Source: Bryobacteraceae bacterium (GTDB lineage Bacteria > Acidobacteriota > Terriglobia > Bryobacterales > Bryobacteraceae). Taken from it: a DNA stretch of 64,000 nucleotides. The translations under genes were made by a program, and so were the position numbers. Below are positions 9,113-18,470 of the stretch, piece after piece (position 1 is the stretch's first letter; every line of letters begins with the position of its first letter). The DNA lies in the NCBI GenBank assembly GCA_019187195.1, contig JABAQT010000030.1:31677-95676 (forward strand), in the 5' to 3' direction. Under the pieces are notes generated by a model. It was not told where the DNA came from. It saw nothing but the letters and a program-made list of their open reading frames with translations, and searched no databases.

Positions 9113-10351
9113 ATGAATCGCAGGTCGTTCTTCAAGTCTCTCGCGGCGGCGCCCTCCGCCGCCATGCTCCTCCCCCGCGCCGAAGCCGCGCTTCCCAAGG
9201 CGAAAATCACCCGCGTCCGCATCTACAAACCGCCGAACCTGAACGAGCTCTTCAACCAAAGCAACATGGTGTGCACCGTGGAGACCGACATCGGGATAAC
9301 GGGCATTGGCGAGGGCGGCTCGAAGGACACCCTCGAGCAGTGCGCCGGCTCCCTCATTGGAAAGAATCCTTTTCATATCGAAGCCTTGTGGAGGGAGATG
9401 TACATCGCCTGGTTCTATCCGCCCGGCCGCGAGAAGATTCACGCCGTCGGGGCCATGGATCTTGCCTTGTGGGACATCAAAGGCAAGGCTCTTGGCCTTC
9501 CGGTGCACGAAATCCTCGGCGGAACCGTGCGCAACTATTGCGAATGTTACGCCACCGGCGGCGTTCGTCCGCCTGGCACGCCAGGAGGAACTCCTCCTGG
9601 AATTCGCGAACGCGCGCGCGCCACCATGGAGGCCGGCTACCGCGTCTTTCGCATGGGCGCGGGCGACGTCCCCGCCGGCCAGGTGTTCAATACGCACGAG
9701 CGTGTCCACCAGGTGGCCCGCGACTGCAAGGAGGCGCGCGAGGGCGTCGGCAAGGAAGGCGATTGGATGATCGACTTCCACCAGCGCTTCGATTTCAGCG
9801 ACGGGCTCCGCGCCTGCCGCCTCATCGAGGAGTACGAGCCCTACCTCGTCGAGGACCCCGTACGCGACGAACATGCCCGCGAGGACCTGCCGAAACTGCG
9901 CCAACTCACCTCGGTTCCCCTGGCGCATGGCGAGGAGTGGGGCCAGCGCTGGGATTTCAACAAGCTGGTCGAAAATCACGATGTGGATTACATCCGCGCC
10001 ACCATCCCCAACGTCGGCGGCATCACCGAAATGATGAAGATCGCCGCCCTCTGTGAGACGCACGCCGTGGGGATTGTGCCGCACTTCACCGGTCCGGTCT
10101 CGACCGCCGCTCTTGTCAATTCGATGTCCACATTCACGGGCCCCGTGCTGATGGAGTACAACTACGGCGGCCGGCCCATCGATTACCTGCCCCAGTGTCT
10201 CGACTTCCGGAACGGCAAACTGTATCCGAACGAGCGGCCCGGCCTCGGCGTCACGGCCGACATGTCGAGGCTGACCTTGATCGGCGAAGTGACGCAGCCG
10301 GGACGCCGCAACGTCTACTTCCGCCCGGACGGCTCGCTCACCCACTGGTAG
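9113..10351 (+). CDS. Enolase-superfamily (mandelate racemase/muconate lactonizing, sugar-acid dehydratase-like) enzyme with twin-arginine signal
   Basis: 'MNRRSFFKSLAAAPSAAMLLPRAEA', then 'GITGIGEGG', 'AMDLALWDIKGKALGLPVHEILGG', 'DFHQRF' and 'EDP'. Confidence 0.75.
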   Translation: MNRRSFFKSLAAAPSAAMLLPRAEAALPKAKITRVRIYKPPNLNELFNQSNMVCTVETDIGITGIGEGGSKDTLEQCAGSLIGKNPFHIEALWREMYIAWFYPPGREKIHAVGAMDLALWDIKGKALGLPVHEILGGTVRNYCECYATGGVRPPGTPGGTPPGIRERARATMEAGYRVFRMGAGDVPAGQVFNTHERVHQVARDCKEAREGVGKEGDWMIDFHQRFDFSDGLRACRLIEEYEPYLVEDPVRDEHAREDLPKLRQLTSVPLAHGEEWGQRWDFNKLVENHDVDYIRATIPNVGGITEMMKIAALCETHAVGIVPHFTGPVSTAALVNSMSTFTGPVLMEYNYGGRPIDYLPQCLDFRNGKLYPNERPGLGVTADMSRLTLIGEVTQPGRRNVYFRPDGSLTHW

Positions 10352-10353
10352 CC

Positions 10354-12336
10354 ATGCCACTCCTGCCGCTGCTCGTTTCGGTTGCGCTCCTGGGCGCGCA
10401 GGTGGGGCCCCGGCTCGGCAATCATCCCGTGGTCTACGATTCCACCGGCGCGCTCCTGCCCTGGACTTCGTGGCCGGATGCCCTCGAGCGCGAGGTCAAC
10501 TGGTATCTGCGTTGCCCTATCGAGAACGGCTACCCGCGCTTCGTGACCATGACCTTCATGGACGGCGGCTACCAGCCAATCACCACCAGGCCCAACCACC
10601 GCAGCTTCATTCCCGCCATGCAAAACGGCATGGGCATCATCTCTTATCTGAAATACTTCACGTGGACGGGGGGCGGAGACCAGCGGTTGCTCGGCATCGC
10701 CCGCGCCATGGGTGATTATCTTGTCAAGGAAAGCCTCACGCCCGGCGGCAAGTATCCCCGCTTCACGCGGTCCACCGGCTGGCGAGACCAGATTCCGCAG
10801 CGCCCCGGCAGCGGCTCGCAAGCGGACCGGCCGTTCGAGATCGAGCCTGACAAAGGCGGCATCGCCGGCTATGCGCTGGCGCTGCTGTACGACCGGACAA
10901 AGGACCGCCGTTACCTCGATCAGGCTGTCCACAACGCGCGCGTGCTCGCGGCCAATATGCGCGAAGGCGATGCCCTGCGCTCACCCTGGCCGTTCCGCGC
11001 GGACTACCGCACCGGCGAGGCGCGCGGCGCCGTGTCCGGCAATATGAGTTTCATCCTGCGCCTGTTCGATCACCTCATTGCCGGCGGCTACCCCGAGTTC
11101 CGGGCGCCCCGCGATAAGCTGTGGACCTGGATCAGGCAATACCAGATCCCGAATCTCTCCAAGGATGGTCTGCTCTGGGTGCAGTTTTTCGAAGACCATG
11201 CCGAGCCGGACAACCGCACCGCGTGGGCGCCCCTGAATCTGGCGCGCTACCTCATCGAGCGCAAGGATGCTCTCGACCCGGACTGGAAAGCCGATGCCCG
11301 GTCTCTCATTGAATTCGTCAACCGCCGCTTTGTCACCGTCCGCGACGGAGTGGCCGTCTGCGGCGAACAGGATTATGACAGGAATCCCTGGGGCGGCATT
11401 CTCTCGACCTACGGCGCGGTGCTGGCGATGTACTCCTCCGCCACCGGGTCGCTCGAATACAAGCACGCGGCCCGCCAGGCGCTCGACTATTCCCTCTACC
11501 AGACCGATGCCGACGGCTGCCCAAGCGATGGCGCCTATCGCGCGGCGCGCGGAGGCTGGCAGGAGGACGCGCACACAGACCGTCTCCACAATTTCATGGA
11601 TGCGATTGCGGCGTTTCCAGGGTGGGGCAAGGCGAATCCGCGGCGCATTGCCGTCATTGCCCACCGGGGCGAACACCTCCACCATCCCGAGAACACCATC
11701 GCCGCGTTTCAAGCCGCCCACGAGGCCGGGGCCGATTTCTTCGAGGCGGACGTGCGCACCACCGCGGACGGGCGGTTGGTGCTGATGCATGACGCGGCGG
11801 TGGACCGCACCACCAACGGCAAAGGACAGGTGGCGCGCATGACTTTCGACGAGATACGGCGGCTCGACGCGGGCGGGAGCCGCGTGCCCACCTTCGACGA
11901 AGCTCTCGCCTTCGCCCGCGGCAGGATCGGGGTGTATGTGGACAGCAAAGCGGTCTCCGCGGAGGATGCGGTTGCCGCCATCGAACGTCACGGCATGCGG
12001 GATCACGTGGTGATCTACGGCGGCGCCGCCTATCTGAAACAGATTGCCGCGCTCCGTCCGGATCTGCGCGTGATGCCGGAAGCCGGCAGTCCCGCCGCCC
12101 TGCAATCGCTGCTGAATCTTCTGCCCCTGAAGGTGGTGGCCTTCGACGCCAGGGACTTCAATCCGGAAACGACAGCCGTCGCCATCCAGGCGAAAGCGGA
12201 GATTTTCGTCGACCGCCTCGGCCGCGCCGACAATCCCGCCTTCTGGCAGGACGCCATCGACCGCGGCGCCACCGGTATTCAGACAGACCGTCCGGCCGAG
12301 CTTGCCGCCTACCTGAAGTCAAAGGGATACCGGTAG
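10354..12336 (+). CDS. Secreted two-domain protein: N-terminal alpha/alpha-barrel-like (glycoside-hydrolase-like) region fused to a glycerophosphodiester phosphodiesterase (GDPD) domain
   Basis: Signal-like 'MPLLPLLVSVALLGAQ'. The C-terminal 'IAHRGEHLHHPENTIAAFQAAHEAGADFFEADVRTTADGRLVLMHD' is a GDPD signature. Confidence 0.65.
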   Translation: MPLLPLLVSVALLGAQVGPRLGNHPVVYDSTGALLPWTSWPDALEREVNWYLRCPIENGYPRFVTMTFMDGGYQPITTRPNHRSFIPAMQNGMGIISYLKYFTWTGGGDQRLLGIARAMGDYLVKESLTPGGKYPRFTRSTGWRDQIPQRPGSGSQADRPFEIEPDKGGIAGYALALLYDRTKDRRYLDQAVHNARVLAANMREGDALRSPWPFRADYRTGEARGAVSGNMSFILRLFDHLIAGGYPEFRAPRDKLWTWIRQYQIPNLSKDGLLWVQFFEDHAEPDNRTAWAPLNLARYLIERKDALDPDWKADARSLIEFVNRRFVTVRDGVAVCGEQDYDRNPWGGILSTYGAVLAMYSSATGSLEYKHAARQALDYSLYQTDADGCPSDGAYRAARGGWQEDAHTDRLHNFMDAIAAFPGWGKANPRRIAVIAHRGEHLHHPENTIAAFQAAHEAGADFFEADVRTTADGRLVLMHDAAVDRTTNGKGQVARMTFDEIRRLDAGGSRVPTFDEALAFARGRIGVYVDSKAVSAEDAVAAIERHGMRDHVVIYGGAAYLKQIAALRPDLRVMPEAGSPAALQSLLNLLPLKVVAFDARDFNPETTAVAIQAKAEIFVDRLGRADNPAFWQDAIDRGATGIQTDRPAELAAYLKSKGYR

Positions 12337-12443
12337 CGTCAACGGAACTCCCGATCGATTCTTTATCCGGCTCTCGAGCGCAGGCCACGATGATATTCTG
12401 AAAGTTGCTGATAACCCACTGAATCCCCTCAAAGGAGCCGTCC

Positions 12444-13715
12444 ATGCCTGATCAACACTCCCGCCGCGATCTCTTCAGGAAAGCCGGCGCGGCCGTGGCC
12501 CCCGCCCTTCTCTCCGCGCAGAACCCCAACAGCGAACTTCAACTTGGCTGGATCGGCGTTGGCAGCCGCGGCTACTATCTGATGGACATGCTGTACAAGG
12601 GGGGGCCCAAACCCTTCAAAGTGACGGCCACCTGCGACACCTACACCGGCCATTTGAATCGCAGCAAGGACCGGGTGCAGACAATGGGCGGCAACACGCC
12701 GAAGACATACGAGGATTACCGCCAACTGCTGGCCGACTCCTCGATCGACGCGGTCGTCATCGCCACTCCCGAACACCTCCATCACGACATGGCCATCGCG
12801 GCGCTCAAGGCCGGCAAGCACGTCTATGTCGAGAAACCGCTCGCGCACACCATTGAAGAAGGATGGGATGTCGTACGCGCCGCCGAAAAAAGCGGCAAGG
12901 TCGTCCAGGTGGGCACACAGAACCGCAGCAATTCGCTCTACCAGAAAGCCAGGGAGATGGTGGCTGGCGGCATGATCGGCGACATCCACTACGTGCGCGC
13001 CTTCTGGTACCGCAATTCGCTGCCGGACAACCCGGCGTGGCGCTACAACATTCCCGCCGACGCGAGTCCGGAAAACACGGACTGGAGCAAGTTTCTCGGC
13101 GGCGCGCCGAAACGGCCCTTCAATAAACAGCGCTACTACCAGTGGCGTCTCTACTGGGATTATTCGGGCGGCATCTCCACGGATCTGCTGGTGCACCAGA
13201 CCGATATCACCAACTTCGTTTGCGGCAAGACGCTGCCGCACTCCTGCATGGCTTCCGGCGGCATCTACCGCTGGACCGATGCGAACGACGATCGCGAAGT
13301 GCCGGATACTTTCAGCGCCATCTACGAATACAAGGACAGGTTTCACATCAACTACTCCTGTTACTTCGGCAACGTGAAATACGGCTACGGCGAACAGTTC
13401 ATGGGTAACGAAGGCACCATCGAAGTGTTGAACCGCCAGATCCTGACGTTCACTCCCGAGACCTTCGGCGGCAAGGCTCCGCCGCGGGTTGCCGCCCGCA
13501 AGGAGACGCGCATCGAACTGCCGGGCAACGACAACCTCGCCGTACAGGCGCACATCCGCAACTGGCTCGAGGCCATCCGCGGCAAGGCGAAGCTGATTGC
13601 GCCGGTCGAGGCCGGCCAGCAGGCCGCCATCTCCGGCCACATGGCCACTCTCTCGTTCCGCCATAACAAGAAAGTGGTTTGGGACGAAGCCAGGAACAAC
13701 GTTCGCTATCTCTAG
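12444..13715 (+). CDS. Gfo/Idh/MocA-family oxidoreductase with Tat signal
   Basis: AAAGGAG RBS; 'SRRDLFRKAGAAVAPALL'; Rossmann 'LGWIGVGSRG'; 'VVIATPEHLHHDMAIAALKAGKHVYVEKP'. Confidence 0.85.
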   Translation: MPDQHSRRDLFRKAGAAVAPALLSAQNPNSELQLGWIGVGSRGYYLMDMLYKGGPKPFKVTATCDTYTGHLNRSKDRVQTMGGNTPKTYEDYRQLLADSSIDAVVIATPEHLHHDMAIAALKAGKHVYVEKPLAHTIEEGWDVVRAAEKSGKVVQVGTQNRSNSLYQKAREMVAGGMIGDIHYVRAFWYRNSLPDNPAWRYNIPADASPENTDWSKFLGGAPKRPFNKQRYYQWRLYWDYSGGISTDLLVHQTDITNFVCGKTLPHSCMASGGIYRWTDANDDREVPDTFSAIYEYKDRFHINYSCYFGNVKYGYGEQFMGNEGTIEVLNRQILTFTPETFGGKAPPRVAARKETRIELPGNDNLAVQAHIRNWLEAIRGKAKLIAPVEAGQQAAISGHMATLSFRHNKKVVWDEARNNVRYL

Positions 13716-13736
13716 CGCCGGGACCCGCCCCGACTC

Positions 13737-14717
13737 ATGTCCGGCAAACAGGCGCTTGACCGCAAACTGGAGCAGTTACATGCTCTGCGCGCCAATCCAA
13801 CCGCCCCCTCCACCACCGAAGCGCTGCGCCGCGCGCTCAGGGACCGCGGCAACTATATCGTTTCGAAAGCGGCCGCGCTGGTTGGCGAGATGGACCGGCG
13901 AGATCTGATTCCGGAACTCATCGCCGCCTTCCACCGCCTTCTCGAGAACGCGCCCAAGAGCGATCCGCAGTGTTGGGCGAAGAACGCCATCGCCAAAGTT
14001 CTCAAGGATTGGGAATGCGAAGAACCGGAACTGTTCCTGCGCGGGATCCGCCACGTCCAGTTCGAGCCATCCTGGGGCGGGCAGCAGGATTCGGCGGCAA
14101 GTCTGCGTGGCATCTGCGCCTTCGGATTGTTGAACTGCCGCTCGGTAGCCGGCATCACGATTCTGCGGTGTCTGGTGGACCTGCTCGCCGGCGCCGAGCC
14201 TTCACCCCGCATGGATGCGGCGCGCGCCATCGCCGCATTGGGGCTCCCGGAAGGCGGGTTGCTTCTGCGTTTGAAGATCCTCGCCGGGGATGAACGGCCA
14301 GAGGTTACGGGTCAGTGCCTGGCTTCTTATGTCGCGCTCGATCCTGTCGAGGGAACGGCGTTGGCCGCCGGCTTTCTGGAGCTCGCCGGCGATGATCTGG
14401 TCTTCGAAGCCGCGGCGGCGCTCGGGGAATCGAAGGAGCCCGCCGCCTTCGAGGCTTTGCGGAGCCGGTTGGAACGCGCGCAAGACCCGCGCTTGCGCGG
14501 AGCCCTGCTGCTAGCCGCCGGAGCCACGCGGCAGCAGGCGGCTGTAGAATATTTGCTTTCCCTCCTCGATGGGGATGCCGCCACGGCCGCCGCGGCATTG
14601 GAAGCCCTCCAGCCCGCGTGCTTTCGGGAGGAGATCCGGGACCGTGTCGAGGACGCCGTGCGCGCGGCGGGCAGCGTCTCCCTCGCTGAGATGTGGAGAA
14701 AGATGAGGTGCTCATGA
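13737..14717 (+). CDS. Hypothetical helical-repeat (HEAT/ARM-like) protein
   Basis: Ala/Leu-rich repeated helices; no catalytic motif recognised. ATGA-type overlap with the next gene. Confidence 0.35.
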   Translation: MSGKQALDRKLEQLHALRANPTAPSTTEALRRALRDRGNYIVSKAAALVGEMDRRDLIPELIAAFHRLLENAPKSDPQCWAKNAIAKVLKDWECEEPELFLRGIRHVQFEPSWGGQQDSAASLRGICAFGLLNCRSVAGITILRCLVDLLAGAEPSPRMDAARAIAALGLPEGGLLLRLKILAGDERPEVTGQCLASYVALDPVEGTALAAGFLELAGDDLVFEAAAALGESKEPAAFEALRSRLERAQDPRLRGALLLAAGATRQQAAVEYLLSLLDGDAATAAAALEALQPACFREEIRDRVEDAVRAAGSVSLAEMWRKMRCS

Positions 14718-16132
14718 TGAACCGCCGCGACTTTCTGGCAGGCATGGGAGCCGCCTGCCAAACGCGGGCCGCCCAAGAAAAGCCGAACATCGTCTACATC
14801 CTCGCCGATGATCTAGGGTGGGGAGACCTACGTTGTTACAACCCGCTGTCGGCGGTGCCGTCTCCCAACGCCGCCCGGCTCGCCTCCCAGGGAGTGCGCT
14901 TCACGGATATGCACTCGCCATCCGCCGTCTGCACCCCCACGCGCTATGGAATCCTCACCGGACGCTACTGCTGGCGCTCCCGCCTGAAGCAGGGCGTTCT
15001 CTGGGGCTACTCGCCGAACCTCATCGAGCCCGGCAGGATGACCGTCGCCTCGATGCTGAAAGCGCGGGGCTACTACACCGCCGGCGTGGGTAAATGGCAC
15101 CTGGGACTGGGGACAGCGGAAAAGGCCGATTATTCCCAGCCGCTTCACCCCTGCCCGCGGGATCATGGGTTCGATTATTATTTCGGCATCCCGGCCTCGC
15201 TCGACATGGATCCCTATCTCTACTTCGAGAATGACCACGCCGTCGAGCAGCCCACCTCGCATACCGATGGATGCGACAAACCCCGCGGCGTCTTCTGGCG
15301 TCCCGGCCCTATTGCTCCCCATTTCGAAATCGGCCAGGTGCTGCCCACGCTGACCGCGAAGGCGATCTCCATCCTCCGCGAACGGGCCAGACAGCCCGCG
15401 CCCTTCTTCCTCTACTTCCCCCTCAGCGGCCCGCACACGCCCTGGGTCCCCACGTCCGCCTTTCGCGGCAAGTCGAAGGCCGGCGATTATGGTGATTTCG
15501 CGGCCCAGGTGGACGATGTGCTCGGGCAGGTGATGCGCGCTCTCGATGAGACCGGCCTCGCCCGCAAGACCCTGCTCATCTTTACGTCCGACAACGGAGC
15601 GCATTGGACGCCCGAGGACAAGGCGAAATTCGCGCACCGGGCCAACGCCGGCTGGAAGGGGATGAAGGCGGACATCTGGGATGCCGGACATCGCATCCCA
15701 TTTCTCGCCCGCTGGCCGGGACACATCGCTCCGGGAACCGTCAGCCGTGAGCTTGGCTGCCTTACCGACCTGATGGCCACCGCCGCCGCAATCACGGGAT
15801 TCGCCCTGCCGGATGACGCGGGCGAAGACAGCTATTCGCTCCTGCCCGCTCTTCGGGGCGGAAAAGGCAGCCGCCAGGCTGTAGTCCACCATTCCGTTGA
15901 TGGAATGTTTTCCATACGCCAGGGAGAATGGAAGCTCTGCCTCGGCCTCGGCTCGGGCGGCTTCAGCAGCCCCAGACGCGTCGAACCGCAACCCGGAGGC
16001 CCTCTCGGACAGTTGTATAATCTGGATTCCGACCCGGGCGAAACGAAGAACCTCTATCAGTCGAGACCGGATGTGGCGCAGCGGCTCACGGCCATTCTCG
16101 ACCAGTACAAAAAACAAGGGTACAGCCGGTAA
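14714..16132 (+). CDS. Arylsulfatase (formylglycine-dependent sulfatase family) with Tat signal
   Basis: 'MMNRRDFLAGMGA'; 'PNIVYILADDLGWGDL'; sulfatase signature 'CTPTRYGILTGRY'; 'GKWHLG'. Confidence 0.9.
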   Translation: MMNRRDFLAGMGAACQTRAAQEKPNIVYILADDLGWGDLRCYNPLSAVPSPNAARLASQGVRFTDMHSPSAVCTPTRYGILTGRYCWRSRLKQGVLWGYSPNLIEPGRMTVASMLKARGYYTAGVGKWHLGLGTAEKADYSQPLHPCPRDHGFDYYFGIPASLDMDPYLYFENDHAVEQPTSHTDGCDKPRGVFWRPGPIAPHFEIGQVLPTLTAKAISILRERARQPAPFFLYFPLSGPHTPWVPTSAFRGKSKAGDYGDFAAQVDDVLGQVMRALDETGLARKTLLIFTSDNGAHWTPEDKAKFAHRANAGWKGMKADIWDAGHRIPFLARWPGHIAPGTVSRELGCLTDLMATAAAITGFALPDDAGEDSYSLLPALRGGKGSRQAVVHHSVDGMFSIRQGEWKLCLGLGSGGFSSPRRVEPQPGGPLGQLYNLDSDPGETKNLYQSRPDVAQRLTAILDQYKKQGYSR

Positions 16133-16146
16133 GGGAGGAACCTTCC

Positions 16147-16548
16147 ATGCCAGAAGATCCGCCATCGCCAAAGCGCGAAGTCATGCCCGATTACGCCGCG
16201 GCCGCTCTCTCCTATGCGTTGGGAGCGGTCACCGGGGCGCTGTTCCTGATCCTGGAACCTTACAACAGAAACCGCCTCGTCTACTTTCACGCCTGGCAGT
16301 CCATCTATTACTCGGCTGCCGGGTTCCTGCTCTATTTCCTCTGCGTCGCCGCGGTCATGGTGATGCCCTGGTCCGTCATCGGCATCGTGTGGTTCCTCAT
16401 GTTTTTCGGCACGCTCGCCCTGGTTGGCATGTGGTTCTGGCTGATGTACCAGGCCTACCAGGGCAAGCGTTGGAAAGCGCCGTTGATCGGACCGCTGGCC
16501 CAACAACGCGTGGCGCAACGGTCGTTTCGTGATAACGCCGGCTACTGA
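16147..16548 (+). CDS. Small polytopic membrane protein (DUF4870-like)
   Basis: Three hydrophobic helices; 'FHAWQSIYY' resembles DUF4870-type proteins. The 3' end overlaps the convergent collagen-like gene by 7 bp. Confidence 0.5.
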   Translation: MPEDPPSPKREVMPDYAAAALSYALGAVTGALFLILEPYNRNRLVYFHAWQSIYYSAAGFLLYFLCVAAVMVMPWSVIGIVWFLMFFGTLALVGMWFWLMYQAYQGKRWKAPLIGPLAQQRVAQRSFRDNAGY

Positions 16549-16592
16549 GACAACTTCTCGATGAGCAACTCGGCTCCACCGGGACTGATCAA
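16507..16592. repeat. Direct repeat copy 1 (junction of the 3' ends of the DUF4870-like and collagen-like genes)
   Basis: Hand alignment to 18325-18410 gives 74 of 86 positions identical, offset 1818 bp. Confidence 0.85.
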
Positions 16593-18146
16593 TGTTCGGG
16601 CCCCCAGAATGCCATAGATTTGCACTGAAACCGTGTCCCCCGCGGCAAGGGTCATGGTCGCGCTGCGGCACAGCATACTCTGTTGAGTTGGCGGAGAGAC
16701 TGCCGTTTGCGTGGCTGGTGCGCCGTTTACTACAAGCCTCGTACTCATATCCATAGCGGCGGTTGTCCTTACGCAATAGCTCAGCCGGTAATTCCCCGTT
16801 GCCGTGACGGTCACCACATCACCACCTCCGCTGACCGTCATCCCCACCAGTAATTGGCTGCTCGGAAGCGGCACGTTCGTTCCGCCCAATACAACCGCGA
16901 TCACCGCGCCAGTGTCGTTGGAAAGGCTCGCATAGGCACTCGATCCGCCAGCCCCGGTGGGCCCGGTGGCGCCGGTAGCCCCTGTCGGCCCCGTCACTCC
17001 CGTGGGTCCTGTCACCCCCATTAGTCCTTGTATCCCTGTCGGACCAGTCGGCCCTGTGGGTCCCATCGCGCCAGTGGCTCCAGACGGCCCTGCCGGGCCC
17101 GCCGGCCCTGTGGGCCCCGCTGCTCCATTGGCTCCAGGCGGCCCTGCCGGGCCCGCCGGACCCGTGGGTCCGACCGCGCCATTGGCCCCAGCCGGTCCCG
17201 TGGCGCCAGCCGGTCCCGCGGCGCCCGTTACACCCGTTGGCCCAATCGCTCCCGTGGCTCCTGTCGGCCCCGCAGCGCCCGTTGCGCCCGTAGGCCCAAT
17301 TGCTCCGGTCGCTCCCGCCGGTCCCGCGGCGCCCGTTGCCCCCGTAGGCCCAACTGCTCCGGTCGCTCCCGCCGGTCCCGCGGCGCCCGTTGCACCCGTT
17401 GCCCCAACTGCTCCGGTCGCTCCCGCCGGTCCCGCGGCGCCCGTTGCACCCGTTGCCCCAATCGCTCCCGTGGCTCCCGCCGGTCCCGCCGGTCCGGTTG
17501 GCCCGGGCACGGTGCTCGCCGCTCCCGCCGGCCCGGCGGGACCTGTCGGCCCCATCGGACCCGTTGGCCCCTGCAACCCGCTGTTGGCCAGATCCGCATA
17601 GTAGCCGTTGATGTCGATGATCAGGTTCGTGTTGTTCGTGGCGAACACCGAAATCGCCCCACCATTGCCCGCCGGGACAACCGCCGCATTGGCCACAATC
17701 TTTCCCTCGAAAGAGTTCAACGTCGAAACATTCGGCATTGCCTGCCCGGCCGGCCACACGGTCAGGTACTGCAATGGCCCACTTGGCACGACCGTGATGT
17801 TGAGCGAATAGGCGCGGGCATTCCCGGGAATCCCGCAATTCCCCGAAGGAATCGGGATGACTCGCTGCTGGCCCCCAGTCAGTTGCGGAGCTCCGAATGC
17901 CCCCGAAAAACCGAGTCCCGCATATTCCGCACGGGTGTCCACCAAACGGCATGGGTTTACCGCTATCAGCGGCAGAGGTCCGGACAACGCCGCGCCGCGC
18001 TCGCCGCCCGCCTTCTCCATCCCATTACCGGCTATCCAATGAAGGGGCGCTGGCCAGTTCGGCGCCTCCACCTCTTGCGCCATCCCGAACGAGGTCAATA
18101 ACAGCGCTATTGCAACTCGCCGCACCGCTCTCGATTCTTTACTCAT
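16542..18146 (-). CDS. Secreted collagen-like triple-helix repeat protein with BclA-C/C1q-like C-terminal domain
   Basis: ATG at 18146 preceded by GGAGG; signal '[17 protein letters not shown]'; N-domain with 'CRLVDTR...GYY'; about 200 aa of GXY repeats ([10 protein letters not shown]..., [18 protein letters not shown] units); globular tail 'YASLSNDTG...[10 protein letters not shown]...VSVQIYG'. Confidence 0.85.
   Translation of the reverse strand: MSKESRAVRRVAIALLLTSFGMAQEVEAPNWPAPLHWIAGNGMEKAGGERGAALSGPLPLIAVNPCRLVDTRAEYAGLGFSGAFGAPQLTGGQQRVIPIPSGNCGIPGNARAYSLNITVVPSGPLQYLTVWPAGQAMPNVSTLNSFEGKIVANAAVVPAGNGGAISVFATNNTNLIIDINGYYADLANSGLQGPTGPMGPTGPAGPAGAASTVPGPTGPAGPAGATGAIGATGATGAAGPAGATGAVGATGATGAAGPAGATGAVGPTGATGAAGPAGATGAIGPTGATGAAGPTGATGAIGPTGVTGAAGPAGATGPAGANGAVGPTGPAGPAGPPGANGAAGPTGPAGPAGPSGATGAMGPTGPTGPTGIQGLMGVTGPTGVTGPTGATGATGPTGAGGSSAYASLSNDTGAVIAVVLGGTNVPLPSSQLLVGMTVSGGGDVVTVTATGNYRLSYCVRTTAAMDMSTRLVVNGAPATQTAVSPPTQQSMLCRSATMTLAAGDTVSVQIYGILGARTLISPGGAELLIEKLSQ
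17221..17490. repeat. Tandem repeat, 54-bp period x5, inside the collagen-like CDS
   Basis: Units starting 'gcgcccgtt' occur at 17221, 17275, 17329, 17383 and 17437. Each encodes an 18-aa GXY block. Confidence 0.9.
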
Positions 18147-18324
18147 AAGCCTCCATGAACATAGAGTGTGGCTTGGGGCCACAAACTCTCGGGAGAATAT
18201 CGGATTCGGGCGGCGTCAACGCTAGTCTTCGGGGCATTCATGAGCCTCATGCGCGAATGGCCGGGGCCCCGGAGGATTCACCTCGTCGAGCGGGACAGCC
18301 ACAAAGTTCCCGCCGTATCTTTTC

Positions 18325-18410
18325 CGCGTGGCGCAACGGCCGTTTCGCGATGGCTCCGGCTACGGAGACAACTTCTCGATGAACAACTCGGCTCGCCCAG
18401 GGCTGCTCAA
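18325..18410. repeat. Direct repeat copy 2 (non-functional relic of the same gene junction)
   Basis: The minus strand reads '...RVLSSPGRAELFIEKLSP*', versus '...[18 protein letters not shown]' in the intact gene. The plus strand retains 'VAQRPFRDGSGY', versus '[12 protein letters not shown]'. Confidence 0.85.
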
Positions 18411-18470
18411 CACTCGTGGAGCGAATTCCCAGTGCCTTCCGAATCGAAGGGATAGCAGTGCGCGAACTCC

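Noticed and set aside
16945-17590. Highly regular short repeats that might be mistaken for a CRISPR array or a minisatellite; the plus-strand 'PVAPVGP' ORFs 16957-17601 and 17028-18101 also fall here.
   Set aside because: The repeats are contiguous 9-bp and 54-bp units with no unique spacers, and they translate in frame on the minus strand as collagen GXY triplets. The plus-strand ORFs are mirror artefacts.
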